64,000 bases of DNA from an uncultured Methanobrevibacter sp. (GCA_902789505.1 CADAOO010000004.1:4659-68658), one strand, 5' to 3'; shown: positions 9,380 to 20,494, numbered from the stretch's first letter. Numbers and translations are program-made. Notes: generated by a model from the sequence alone, not told the origin.

Positions 9380-12300
9380 ATGGTTAACTTTAATAATATT
9401 TTACCTATTGATGGAGATCAAAGAGCAGGATTTGAAGAGTTTATTTGTCAATTAGCTAGAAAAGAAAAAAATCCTAAATTTATAGAATTCACTCGTTTAG
9501 GAAATCCTGATGGGGGATTAGAGTGTTATTGGCAATTAGATGATGATTCGATTGTAGGTTGGCAAGCTAAATATTTCATGACAGCTTTTGGCACTAGTCA
9601 ATGGAATCAGATTGAAAAATCAATTGAAGATGCAGTAAATAATTTTAAAAAATTTAATCTTAAAAAAATTATAGTTGCAGTTCCAACTGATGCTCCTTTT
9701 AAGATGAATAAAACCCTGAAAGATAAAATTAAAAAATGGAAAGAATTTGAAAATGCTCATGATGATTTAGAAATAGAATTTTGGGGTGAATCTGAAATTA
9801 TTGAACGTATCAGCACTCCTGAAATGGAGGGTTTTAAATCATTTTGGTTTGGTGAATTAGAACTGCCAAGTCATTGGTTTAAAGAACAAGCCGAAAATAC
9901 AATTTTAAGTTTTAAAAATAAATATAATCCTGATTTAAGTATTAAAACAGGTAATGAAAAATATTTTAATTCATTATCAAGAAACGAATCATTCAGGCAA
10001 TATTTTTTCAATGAAATCAATCAATATTTATATTCTTTGCGAGATTATTCTTGGAGCTGTAATGATAAAATAAATAGATTAAATCTCGAAGAATTAAATA
10101 ATCTAAATTTCAATTCAAATTTTGAAACAAATATGGAAGAGATTAAACAGATTTTATTAAACTTTGAAGAAAGATATTTTCAAATGGATAAGTTAGATAT
10201 TGTTAAAATTAACCGCCATATAGAAAATATATCCAATCTCAGTTTAAATTTAGAAAAAATAATAGATTCATTACAGGATAATGCTAAAAAAGATGATGAA
10301 AAATTACTGAAAAATTTATATTTTTCTAATATTCGTTTTAAAAACTCTTTAAATCAATTTAAAACTTTTTTAGAATCAGAAGAAGTAAATGTTATTAATA
10401 ATCCATTTATTATATTTAATGGGGATGCAGGTATTGGAAAAACATTTTTATTTGTACAAACATTAGATGAAAAAATTAAAAATAATGAAAATTGTATTTT
10501 ACTTTTCGGCCATCAATTTTCAAACAATCAAAATCCTAGAATCACAATCATGGATGAATTAGATTTAAGGAATTTTAACTTCGAAAATTTTCTAGATGCA
10601 TTAGAATGCAAAGCTCAAATTCAAAAAAGCCGCATTTTAATATTAATCGATGCTTTAAATGAAAGTCAAAGCATAAATTTATGGAATAATTATTTAACTC
10701 AAATTTTAAATTCAATATCTAAACGAAAATGGATTGGTTGTGCATTATCAATTAGAAAAGAATACTTTGATGATTTGGAACTTCATGAAAAGTTTAATGA
10801 AATAGTTTCTAATGTTACATTAGAAGGATTTAAGTACAATACCCAAGAAGCTATTTTAAAATATTTTGATTATTATAATTTACCTGTAAATAATAGTCAG
10901 TTATTTCGCCACGAATTTTACAATCCTCTTTTTTTGAAATTATATTGTGAAACAATTTCAAATGATAGAACAATTAAAGATTTAAATGGATTGATAAACT
11001 TATTTGAAGCATATTTTAAATCGATAAACAAGAATTTATCAAGTATTTATAATTACCCTAATGAAATAAACTTAGTGAAAAAGTCATTATTAAAATTAAT
11101 TGAAAAAGGAATATATGGCGGATTAAAATTTGAAGAGGCATATGATATTGTATTTAATTTCTTAAAAGATTATAATTTCGCAACTAATTTTTTAAATTCA
11201 CTAATTGATGAAGGTTTATTAATCAGATTAAAGTGGAGGAATCTTGAGGGTGTTTATATCACTTTTCAATTGCTTGCTGATTATTTAAATGTGGAATATT
11301 TATTAAATAATAAAAATTTGGAAGAATTTTGCAGTTTATTCAGTAAATATCCGGAAAGTGGAGTAATTCTACATCCGGATATTGAATTTTCAGATGAAGA
11401 AATTTTAAACATGCTTTCAATTTATATTCCTGAGAAATTTGGAAAGGAATTCTATTCAATAATTCCCGAAAACCTAAAAGAAGATTATAATATTATTGAA
11501 TCTTTTGTTTATAGTTTAAAATGGAGATGTTATTCAATAAATGATAATATTTTGGATTATATTAAAAATAATGTTTTAAAGTATCATGGGACTGCTGATG
11601 ATTTTTTAAAAACTTTAATATATCTAGCTCCAATTGAAAATCATTTATTGAATGCAGAGTTCACTCATAAATTTTTATTCAATATGAGTTTGTCCGATAG
11701 GGATTACTTATGGACAATATTTATTAATAAAGACTATATGGAATCTGATGATTTGGAAACTATCGTGAAATTTTGTTTCACAAGTAGTTTTACAAAGTAC
11801 AGTGATAATTCAGTCAAATTATATTCAATTATATTGTCATGGTTTTTAACAAGTTCCCATAGGAAATTAAGAGATTATTCGACAAAAGCATTAGTTTATA
11901 TTTTGAAGAATAGAATTGATGTCTTGATTGAAATTCTAAAACAATTTGAAAATGTCAATGATCCTTATGTTTATGAAAGATTGTTTGCAGTTGCATATGG
12001 TTGTACTTTATTAAATACAAACAATTCAAATCTTGATAGGTTAGCTATTTATGTTTATGAAGTAATTTTCAATGTTGAAGGGGAAATTTATCCAAATATT
12101 TTACTTAGAGATTATGCTAAAAATACAATAGAGTATATTTTGAATTTAATGGATATTCCTGAAATTAATTTAGATAAAATAAAATCTCCTTATTTTAAAG
12201 ATAATTTTCCAGAAATTCCATCTGATGATGAAATAAGATTGTTAAAGGATGAACATAAAGCTATCAGAAAAATCTTTTTTTCAATGGGTGTTGAACATGA

Positions 12301-13996
12301 TAATGAAGGGAATTTTTATGGATTAGGTGATTTTGGTAAATATGTGTTTCAATCAAATTTAGCTATTTGGAAAGATCAATTAAACGAAGATGATATTTCA
12401 TATTATGATTTAATGAAATTAGCTTTAAAAAGAATTTTTGAATTAGGTTATGATGCAAGATTGCATGGTGATTTTGATACATTTATTAGGTTTCAAAATC
12501 GTGACAAACCAGTTGTTGAAAGAATTGGTAAAAAATATCAATGGATTGTACTTTATGAAATTTTAGCTAAAGTTTCTGATAAATATGAACAAATTGATCG
12601 AAATTATTTTGTTGATGATGATAAAATAGATTTTGTTGGGGCTTGGCAATTATTTATTAGAGATATTGACCCAACTATTTTAAATTTGGATTGTAATCTA
12701 GAAATTGAAAATCCTTTTATTAATTTATATGATGTTGCTAATTTTGATAAAGAGGATTATATGTTAACAATTGATGATTTACCTAATCCTATAAATTTTA
12801 TTGATGCAACATTTAATATTGGGGATTCAAAATTAAATGCTTTAATTTTAGAAGGATATTTTAATTGGAAAGAGGAATTGCCGTTACTAAAAGACAGATA
12901 TCAATTCCCAGATAAAGATGTTAGTCTTCAAATTAAATGTTATTTAATTCCTAATAGTAAATCTAAAGAAATTATAGATTATTTTAGATATTGTAGGATT
13001 GAATGGAAATTAATACCGGAATCTTATGATTTACATAATATTTTTAACAAAGAAATTCCAAATTCATCACCTTTTAATTGGTTGTATGAAAATGAGTATG
13101 ATGAGGATAGAATGATAAGACCGTTAAATTTAAAAGTCGAATTTCCTGTGATAAATTCTAGTGCAATGGAATGGGATTCAATAAATAATAATCATTACTT
13201 AAAAGTAAATAAAAAGCTATTTAATTATTTTAATTTATACTATAATGATTTTGATAGTTTTATTTACCATGAAGATGATGTTGTTGGATTTGATTTTTCT
13301 GAGATAGGTAATCCTGGATCTTTATTAATCTTTGATAAAGAATTATTGCAGAGTTATGCTAATGAAAATAATCTAGATATAGTATTCATGGTTTTAGGGA
13401 ACAAAAGATATTCTCATGATGATTTTAATCAATTTTTAGATTTTTCAGGGATTTATTACTATAAAGATTCTAAACTTGAAGGTAAATTAAATATTTTTAA
13501 AGAAATAAGTTTTAAAGAATTATCTGCATCTCTAGTGGGAGTAATAAATGAAATAGAAACTGAAGAAGAGGATGTTAAATATTATTTTGATATAAATAAT
13601 GATATTATATATCAAGTTTTCACCATAGATGCTATTGAAAACATTTCTAAATTTTCATTTGAAATTTTTAAAAAGAATGTCAAAATTAATGAGTTAAAAT
13701 TAGATTTTGGTTATATTAATAAAATAACTCATGTCATTAATGAGGAATTTGATGAAGAATATGGAATATCTCATAATTCAGGTTATATTTTAATTTCAAA
13801 TAAAAATGACACATTTTATGTAATTGCAATTACCACTTCAAAATTTAAAGTAAATAAAAATTTAAGGGGTAATTTATATAAAAATCATGCTAAATATTTG
13901 ATAAATAGTTTAAAAATATATCAGAAACATATTCATTTTAATTTAGATAATTTAATGAAATCTATTGAACTGTCAAAAGAAAAATTTAATTTGTAA
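9380..13996 (+). CDS. Avs2-like STAND/NACHT antiviral ATPase with N-terminal PD-(D/E)xK nuclease
   Basis: N-term FEEFICQL...PDGGLE...GWQAKYF. Walker A GDAGIGKT, Walker B ILIDALNE. DPYVYERLFAVAYG, LLRDYA, ERIGKKYQWI, RDIDP. ATG 9380 follows a GGTG RBS (ORF track starts 9317). Confidence 0.8.
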   Translation: MVNFNNILPIDGDQRAGFEEFICQLARKEKNPKFIEFTRLGNPDGGLECYWQLDDDSIVGWQAKYFMTAFGTSQWNQIEKSIEDAVNNFKKFNLKKIIVAVPTDAPFKMNKTLKDKIKKWKEFENAHDDLEIEFWGESEIIERISTPEMEGFKSFWFGELELPSHWFKEQAENTILSFKNKYNPDLSIKTGNEKYFNSLSRNESFRQYFFNEINQYLYSLRDYSWSCNDKINRLNLEELNNLNFNSNFETNMEEIKQILLNFEERYFQMDKLDIVKINRHIENISNLSLNLEKIIDSLQDNAKKDDEKLLKNLYFSNIRFKNSLNQFKTFLESEEVNVINNPFIIFNGDAGIGKTFLFVQTLDEKIKNNENCILLFGHQFSNNQNPRITIMDELDLRNFNFENFLDALECKAQIQKSRILILIDALNESQSINLWNNYLTQILNSISKRKWIGCALSIRKEYFDDLELHEKFNEIVSNVTLEGFKYNTQEAILKYFDYYNLPVNNSQLFRHEFYNPLFLKLYCETISNDRTIKDLNGLINLFEAYFKSINKNLSSIYNYPNEINLVKKSLLKLIEKGIYGGLKFEEAYDIVFNFLKDYNFATNFLNSLIDEGLLIRLKWRNLEGVYITFQLLADYLNVEYLLNNKNLEEFCSLFSKYPESGVILHPDIEFSDEEILNMLSIYIPEKFGKEFYSIIPENLKEDYNIIESFVYSLKWRCYSINDNILDYIKNNVLKYHGTADDFLKTLIYLAPIENHLLNAEFTHKFLFNMSLSDRDYLWTIFINKDYMESDDLETIVKFCFTSSFTKYSDNSVKLYSIILSWFLTSSHRKLRDYSTKALVYILKNRIDVLIEILKQFENVNDPYVYERLFAVAYGCTLLNTNNSNLDRLAIYVYEVIFNVEGEIYPNILLRDYAKNTIEYILNLMDIPEINLDKIKSPYFKDNFPEIPSDDEIRLLKDEHKAIRKIFFSMGVEHDNEGNFYGLGDFGKYVFQSNLAIWKDQLNEDDISYYDLMKLALKRIFELGYDARLHGDFDTFIRFQNRDKPVVERIGKKYQWIVLYEILAKVSDKYEQIDRNYFVDDDKIDFVGAWQLFIRDIDPTILNLDCNLEIENPFINLYDVANFDKEDYMLTIDDLPNPINFIDATFNIGDSKLNALILEGYFNWKEELPLLKDRYQFPDKDVSLQIKCYLIPNSKSKEIIDYFRYCRIEWKLIPESYDLHNIFNKEIPNSSPFNWLYENEYDEDRMIRPLNLKVEFPVINSSAMEWDSINNNHYLKVNKKLFNYFNLYYNDFDSFIYHEDDVVGFDFSEIGNPGSLLIFDKELLQSYANENNLDIVFMVLGNKRYSHDDFNQFLDFSGIYYYKDSKLEGKLNIFKEISFKELSASLVGVINEIETEEEDVKYYFDINNDIIYQVFTIDAIENISKFSFEIFKKNVKINELKLDFGYINKITHVINEEFDEEYGISHNSGYILISNKNDTFYVIAITTSKFKVNKNLRGNLYKNHAKYLINSLKIYQKHIHFNLDNLMKSIELSKEKFNL

Positions 13997-14043
13997 TTAA
14001 TAGTGACAGTCTAATTATATATTAATTATATTCGTATGGCTCA

Positions 14044-14357
14044 CTAAAACCTAAACTCTTTAAAGAATTTCAGGAGCGTCACCGGATTGGTATTTTCCAG
14101 ATTATAAAAGGCATGATACTTTTTATGACACCAGTGACAGAGGGTTATTCCGTTATCCAAATCCAGTCTAAGAGGTATGAAATTCTTAAACGAGAACACG
14201 TGATGGACTTCCAGGTGCTGGTCGGCTCCGCATAAAACGCAGCGATCATCGTCCCGTTTTTTACATCCTTAACCCAGTCCTTATACTCTTTTGTGTTTCT
14301 CACTTCATCAATGTTTTTGCTTTTTTCAATGTCAATCCATTCATCTTCTGTTGTCAT
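14044..14357 (-). pseudogene. Small viral-type HNH endonuclease, frameshifted in an A6 run (14257-14262)
   Basis: Adding one A gives EYKDWVKDVKKRDDDRCVLCGADQHLEVHHVFSF...LDNGITLCHWCHKKYH...RF*. Confidence 0.85.
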
Positions 14358-14550
14358 GGTAATCCTCACTTTAAAAATAAGGGTAGCTATTTATACTAAA
14401 AGCGTAAAAAAGTAGAATTGTAAAATAATTGCATTAGTTATTTTACAGATCTTATTTAATTTCAAAATATTGGATAGGTTATAATAGTTCTGCCTCATTA
14501 TAATTTTTCCAAAAAAATCTTCATTCAATCACTTGATTGAAAAAGGTTGT

Positions 14551-14579
14551 ATCTGAGAGATTATATCAATCTCTCAGAT
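14551..14579. repeat. Perfect 12-bp inverted repeat (ATCTGAGAGATT-5-AATCTCTCAGAT), next to an 8-bp inverted repeat at 14524-14541
   Basis: Read directly from the sequence. Confidence 0.8.
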
Positions 14580-15187
14580 TTTACCAATAATAATTACTTT
14601 TTGATTTTTGCTTTAAAATTTAAAATTCATATTTTAAGTTCGTGGTTTTTATTTTACTTTAAAGAGTTTTAGTTGATTTGGATAATTTTGTGTTTTAGGT
14701 TGTTTTTGCTGATTTAGGTGATTGTAACCTTTTGGTTACCTTGATTTTTTTAGCGTGTTTTCTGGCTGATTTTAAAGAATGGCTTAAAAAATTGGAAAGT
14801 TTATTAATTGGGTGATTTTATCTTTAAACTAGTGGATTTAGCGTCTTTAGTTGATTTTAGTTAATTGAAAAAAATAGTCCAATCTAAGTTGTGTTAAACG
14901 AGTGGATAATCCAATTATTTTTTTGGATTTCACGTTCAATACCAGTGAACTTGATTTTTTAAAAGGGCATTTAAATTAGCTTATTTGAATTTTTTAATCT
15001 TTGAATGATTATTTAAGAATTATTTGAACTTATAATTTCTTTGAGATGTTTTAAAAATTTCTGTTATCTTTTTTGCAAGAAATTTATTGGAGGTTGGTGA
15101 TTTTGCAAATTTTAATAAAATCAAGCATGATTGAGTAATGGGAAAGTATATATTAATAATTAGATAAAATTATATTATATAGTATGG

Positions 15188-16321
15188 ATGTTAAAGTATT
15201 CTGTACTAATTCCTGCTTTAAGTTCATTTAAGTTTATTTTATTAAATGATAATAAAATTGATGCAAGTAATTATTTTTCATCTTTTTCAGTTATTGCCTT
15301 GAGAAAATTATACATTCAACACTCAAATTGTGTTAACAGTATTTTATGTTGTTACTCTAAGTTTAAAAAAGATTTTGATGATATTTATATTAAAATAATA
15401 CGAGAAAATAGGAATTCAAATATTCATAATCTTTTTGCATGGGCTGTAGAGAAATTTTTAGATAAATATGAAAATGAATTAGAACTCATTATGGATTATA
15501 ATGAATTTGAGTTTGATAATTTAAATTTAATTTCATCAAATGTAATTTTTCAAACAATTCCTGAAAACTCAAATGATGAATTGCATTTGGAGTTGTTTAA
15601 GTTTGTTTCCCAACTTTTTGCAAATGATTTGTTTGATAAGGATTCTCATTTAGATAGTTCTAAATATTATTTTGTTAGATATGATTTTTTAATGAGATTC
15701 TGCAATGTAATCCTAATGAATAAATCGAATTTGAAGGAATATATTTCTCCCTTTTTAAATCAGTTTAGAATAAGTGAAGGTGCATATGAATTATTTAATT
15801 CATTTGTAAGTGTTGTTAGAGATGATGTTATTGTTGAATTCTGGGATATTTGGTGGATGTTTTTAGAAAAGATATTGGAGAATCATGAAAATAAGGGGAA
15901 ATATTATTTAGAAAAGGTATTGACCAAATTTGTTATAAATTATCAACTAGAATATGATTTTGAGTTGAGTGAGGATATTGTTGAGATAGAAAAACAGTTT
16001 TACAGGAGAGTTTGCAAAGAACTTGGAGAGTATGAGTTTATTTTAAATTCCATTTCTAAAATAGTAATTAAAGATAAGTTCATTTTATCAGGTTTAACAT
16101 GGATAAAAATTATATTGGGTAAAAATGAATTTAATAATGTAGAAAAAGGAACAATTAGTAACTTGGAGCATTTTGTTAAAAAATATGTTAGTTTAAATTC
16201 ACAAAATATAATGAAAGATATTAAAATTCAGAATGATCTTTCCTTAATTTTAGATTTTTTAATTAAAAATGGTTCCAATGATGCATTTAGATTAAATGAA
16301 TGGTTGGTGTCATTAAAATAA
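15188..16321 (+). CDS. Stand-alone Avs4-like C-terminal helical (TPR-like sensor) region, without ATPase
   Basis: VRYDFL, YISPFLNQF, FWDIWWMFLEKI, SISK, GLTWI, TISNLEHFVKKYV and ILDFLIKNGS..F.L.E match my recollection of Avs4 C-termini. No Walker motifs. Confidence 0.65.
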   Translation: MLKYSVLIPALSSFKFILLNDNKIDASNYFSSFSVIALRKLYIQHSNCVNSILCCYSKFKKDFDDIYIKIIRENRNSNIHNLFAWAVEKFLDKYENELELIMDYNEFEFDNLNLISSNVIFQTIPENSNDELHLELFKFVSQLFANDLFDKDSHLDSSKYYFVRYDFLMRFCNVILMNKSNLKEYISPFLNQFRISEGAYELFNSFVSVVRDDVIVEFWDIWWMFLEKILENHENKGKYYLEKVLTKFVINYQLEYDFELSEDIVEIEKQFYRRVCKELGEYEFILNSISKIVIKDKFILSGLTWIKIILGKNEFNNVEKGTISNLEHFVKKYVSLNSQNIMKDIKIQNDLSLILDFLIKNGSNDAFRLNEWLVSLK

Positions 16322-16408
16322 GTAATTTTGATAAATTTGATAAATATTATAATATTTTTCAATTGATTGTTACAAAAGAGTTTTAAATTATAAATCTCAA
16401 AAAGAATC

Positions 16409-16966
16409 TTGATTGTTATGTTTTCAATAGATTCCACAATTATTGCAGCATTAGTAGGTGCTTTTTCAGCATGGGCTTTGACGTATTTCACAGAAGAATA
16501 TAAAATTTATAAGAAAAAGAAAGGAGCATCAATTATTCTAAAATCTGAAATTGAATTGAATCTTACCAATATAAAAAACTTTAAAAAATCATATTTGAAT
16601 GTTACTACAAAAGAATTGTATGATTCAGGGACTTTAGAAGATATATCAAATTTTTATTATTATTTAACCAAGTTTCCCATAATAAATCATGAAAATTGGG
16701 ATAGGTTAATAAACTTTGTACCTGATGTTTATGATGATTTTCAAATCAAAAAAGTCATTGAATTTAATAGTAAATTAGATAATTTATTTGATGAATGTAA
16801 AAGATTATCTGAAAAGGGAATGCCTGAAGTTACTTATAGTGCATTTTTGTTATATGAATTGGAACCTGAAGATTATGAAATTACTATCGGAGCTTTTGAA
16901 TCTTTTGAAAATCAAATCAGGAATACTATTGAATGTGGTGAGGACTTATTAAAATCAATAAGTTGA
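16409..16966 (+). CDS. Hypothetical protein with N-terminal TM helix
   Basis: IIAALVGAFSAWALTYF followed by a basic stretch. 185 aa. Confidence 0.7.
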   Translation: MIVMFSIDSTIIAALVGAFSAWALTYFTEEYKIYKKKKGASIILKSEIELNLTNIKNFKKSYLNVTTKELYDSGTLEDISNFYYYLTKFPIINHENWDRLINFVPDVYDDFQIKKVIEFNSKLDNLFDECKRLSEKGMPEVTYSAFLLYELEPEDYEITIGAFESFENQIRNTIECGEDLLKSIS

Positions 16967-17119
16967 TATGATTAATAATTTTCTTTTATTTTTTTAGAAA
17001 TTGGGTTCTATATTGATTATATGAATTAAGAACAAAAATTAAAAATTTCTGCATGAATTTTGAATAGTTTTAATAAGTTTGCAATAAATATATTAGCTAT
17101 TATATATAAATAATATAAT

Positions 17120-17938
17120 ATGTCAGATAATAAAAAAGATAATATTAGTTGGACAAGCTTTTGTCAGGCCATGAACTCAATATGTTACTGGCTGATTCAC
17201 AATAAAAAGAAATACAAAAAACGTGACTTTTATCAGATACTAACATTGAAAGGCAGCTGCACAGATATAGAAAAGAAAGCCAGAAAATTGGGTAATAATA
17301 AACTGGTTGCAATATATGTGATGGATTTAATCAAAGATAATAAATCTTTAGATTTCCTTCCAAACTATGTAACACTAAAAGACGGAACCAAAATCGATAA
17401 AGCGGAATATGTGGACATGGCCATAAGGGTGGAAGCATACATCAGGGCAAACGGAAGACTTCCTGCAATCGTATACAGAAAATCAACATTACCCGATTAC
17501 AATGATTCCACAATGAAGCTCTTTGTCAAGACATTCAACTTCAAGGGAAACACCATAGATGAGGCTTTAGCAGTAATAGCTAAAATCAAATTGTACCTGA
17601 AATACTTCGATTCACAAAAAACAGACAAGAAAACCATAACTGATGCTAAGGCAGGTAAGGGTTCTAACTGTGTGTACTGGGGACAGGTCTATTATCGTAT
17701 TGCCAAAAGCTTAGGCTATGATGTTCAGTTTGTCCATGTCAAATGCAGGGTTTCAGGAACTGGTCATATCAGATTGAGGCTGAAGCATAAAAAGCATACT
17801 GAAGGAAATTGGATTAACCGTGATCCTGCTGCAGTTGCTGATACAACTTCAGGTAATGTAAGGTCAATCTGGTGTGATGATGGGTACCTCATAGCTTACG
17901 ATCCATCTTGGATATTTACAGATTTGTACAGTAGTTAA
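17120..17938 (+). CDS. Pseudomurein endoisopeptidase (PeiW/PeiP-like, peptidase C71) with pseudomurein-binding repeat
   Basis: PMBR EYVDMAIRVEAYIRANGRLPAIV. Catalytic C-H-D context GSNC...LGYDVQFVHVKC...GHIRL...RDPAA. Confidence 0.8.
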   Translation: MSDNKKDNISWTSFCQAMNSICYWLIHNKKKYKKRDFYQILTLKGSCTDIEKKARKLGNNKLVAIYVMDLIKDNKSLDFLPNYVTLKDGTKIDKAEYVDMAIRVEAYIRANGRLPAIVYRKSTLPDYNDSTMKLFVKTFNFKGNTIDEALAVIAKIKLYLKYFDSQKTDKKTITDAKAGKGSNCVYWGQVYYRIAKSLGYDVQFVHVKCRVSGTGHIRLRLKHKKHTEGNWINRDPAAVADTTSGNVRSIWCDDGYLIAYDPSWIFTDLYSS

Positions 17939-18056
17939 GAGTATTTTTAACTATTTTATTTTTTTAATGATGGTTGCTAATGAGATTTAATTGTATTTTT
18001 AAGTTTAATGACGATTGGATAAATTATATATACTAACATAAATTATATAATGTTTT

Positions 18057-18653
18057 ATGGGCGAGTTAAAACAGTTTGTTTTGAGTGTATTAGGTGGAAT
18101 TATATCTTCATTTATTTATAGTATTATTTTAGTATTTTTTGGAGTTATGAATAATAGTAATGATTTAAGCATTACTTCATTTTTAATGGTTCTCATTAAA
18201 AATTGGCTTGTTCTGATGATAATATTTGTAGTAATGGCATTAATCATTTTTCAAAGATTAAGAATAATTAAATGGTGTAATGTTAATAAATTTCAGAGGA
18301 TACTGCCGTTTGTTGCATTAGACTTTATTTGCGCATATGATTTAATGTGGCAAGTTAATATTCAGGATAATTTTATTTCACAAGGTTTACCTAATTTCAC
18401 ATATAATTTAAATGGTCCTTTTTGTTCAAATAGTTTTGAGGAGGATATATGTTTAACACCACTTAAAATAAAAAATAGATTCTTATTTTATGAATTAAAA
18501 TGCCCTACATGTAATAAAAGATATTTTAAATTCAAAAATTTAAATTGTTATAAAAAGGATATAGAGTTGAAAATTTATCCATATCTGATTAAGAATAAAA
18601 TTTCAAGCTCAGAGCAGTTCATTGAATTTATAAAGAATAATAAGTACTTTTAA
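18057..18653 (+). CDS. Two-TM protein with C-terminal Cys cluster (putative Zn finger)
   Basis: Two hydrophobic helices, then GPFCSN...CLTPL...CPTC. Confidence 0.65.
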   Translation: MGELKQFVLSVLGGIISSFIYSIILVFFGVMNNSNDLSITSFLMVLIKNWLVLMIIFVVMALIIFQRLRIIKWCNVNKFQRILPFVALDFICAYDLMWQVNIQDNFISQGLPNFTYNLNGPFCSNSFEEDICLTPLKIKNRFLFYELKCPTCNKRYFKFKNLNCYKKDIELKIYPYLIKNKISSSEQFIEFIKNNKYF

Positions 18654-18991
18654 TAATGCTAGTTTGCACATTTGTTTAGATTAAATGTTATTTGTTAAAC
18701 CCATATAGGGTGCTGATGGTTATAGTATATCCTATAATCCTGTATGGATTTCACAGATTTATATTCAAGTTAACTGTTAATGTTAACTTATTTTCTTTTT
18801 TACATTAATAATCACATTAATCCATTCAGAACTAACTTTTTAAAACTGTATAATAAAATATAACGAATTAAAACTAATTTTTCTCATGAATTTTTCATGA
18901 AATGAATAGTTATCAAATGCTCTCACTCTTTGCTTAAATACCTTCCATAATAAACATATTATTTACCCACACATATTGAAGGTGCATATAA

Positions 18992-19315
18992 ATGATAAGC
19001 AAGACAGACACTAGTTTATTAAATTGGATTTATAAACATGTAGTTGACTTCACAGCTGAAGATGACACTTCATGTTTGACATGGGGGAGTACAAATAAGG
19101 AAGCGTTAAGTTTCATAAATCGCATTCCCAAAAAAGCAAGAGTTCAAGAATACGGCATTTATGCAGGTAAAAACTATCTTTTTGCAGTGGATGAATTCGA
19201 TGATCTTGAAGAGGGTTTGAAAGAAGGGCTGATATCTGAAAAGACCTGCAGGTTAATCTACACTTGGAATAAGGAAATTGGTCGTGAAAACTGGGAATTA
19301 TGTGCATATAACTAA
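18992..19315 (+). CDS. Hypothetical protein
   Basis: 107 aa. GGTG RBS upstream. Confidence 0.6.
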   Translation: MISKTDTSLLNWIYKHVVDFTAEDDTSCLTWGSTNKEALSFINRIPKKARVQEYGIYAGKNYLFAVDEFDDLEEGLKEGLISEKTCRLIYTWNKEIGRENWELCAYN

Positions 19316-20424
19316 ACATTTGTTGGAGTAAGCCTTTCTTAAACATTGTTAATTCATCAATATTATTATGTAATATTTTAATTTTTTCATCAAGTATTTT
19401 TATCTTAATTTCAGAAATTAATGGATATTTAAGATTCCATGTGTCAGATGTTAATCCTTGAGAATATTTTTTAAATAGATAAATCATTTCATTTGTCTTG
19501 AAATAATATCCAAAATATTTTGAATAAACATTTTTCGGAATTAAAATTGTGTATGCTGGACTTACAATACCCTCATATGGGGAAACACCACTAGCTCCTT
19601 GCCACATCCTCATTGAATTGTAAACAATATCTCCTGGAAGAACATGTTTATAATTGGATTTATTTTCATTAGAATTATCTTTAGATTCTATTTCAGATCT
19701 TTTTAACACCCCATCATTTAATGTGACTGATAATAATTCTAAGTCTAAAAAACCTTTTTCGCTTCTTTCATCAAAGATATCTTTAATTTTTACAATTTTC
19801 CATTCATCATTAAAATTAAATCTTAATTTCTGTGCGAAAATCTGTTGCATTAAATAATTTTTAAATTTCTGGTATTCCTGATATTTTGATTCCAATAATT
19901 GTTCTTTTTTAGTAATTTCTTCAAGAAGTGCAATAATCTTTTTTTGTTCATTAATTAGAGGAATTTTCATATTCATTACTTTAAAATCCTTAGGATACAA
20001 ATGAACAATAGATACTCCTTGAGCATATTTAGCAATTTCAGTTTTCTTTTGATTTAAATAATATGTAATAAATGGAGCATATTGATTAGTTTTAATGACT
20101 GTAATGTCCCCACCAATAGCTACTTGATCTTTTTGAATGCAAGATGCAGTTGCTAAATCAATTGCAGTTTCACCAGAGCAAGGTATTAAAATATCATTCT
20201 TTTCGGATAATATGAGTTCATTCTTATCTAAATTTGTTTTAGAGTCAACATTATAAATAATTTCACCATATTTTGTGTATAACTCACCATACCTTACACA
20301 TTCAATACCATAATCTGATATATCATTTTTAGAAATCCCCTTACCTTTTGAAAAAGTTGCAATATCATTTAAAGTAACTTCTTTCCAATCTTCTGTAAAT
20401 CCACTAAATCGTAAACTTCCGGCT
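19316..20424 (-). pseudogene. hsdS: Start-less two-TRD type I specificity subunit cassette
   Basis: Open frame begins *AGSLRFSGFTEDWKEVTLNDI (no start codon). TRD1, then LMQQIFAQKLRF, TRD2, KKGLLQQMF. No stop after QQMF (reads into the convergent gene to 19113). The second P..EQ.KI segment appears deleted (IKIKI|LDEKI). Confidence 0.85.
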
Positions 20425-20445
20425 TAATCAATAATTTATTGATTA
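20425..20445. promoter_or_regulatory. Perfect 10-bp inverted repeat TAATCAATAA-T-TTATTGATTA between the silent hsdS 5' end and the recombinase gene
   Basis: Read directly. A role as a protein-binding site is inferred. Confidence 0.5.
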
Positions 20446-20494
20446 TATTATAGTTTCATATTTTTTTGAGACAATATTTTAATATGGTGATAGG

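Noticed and set aside
19113-19315. C-terminal extension of HsdS after QQMF
   Set aside because: It is the antisense of gene 18992-19315, read through because the hsdS stop is missing.
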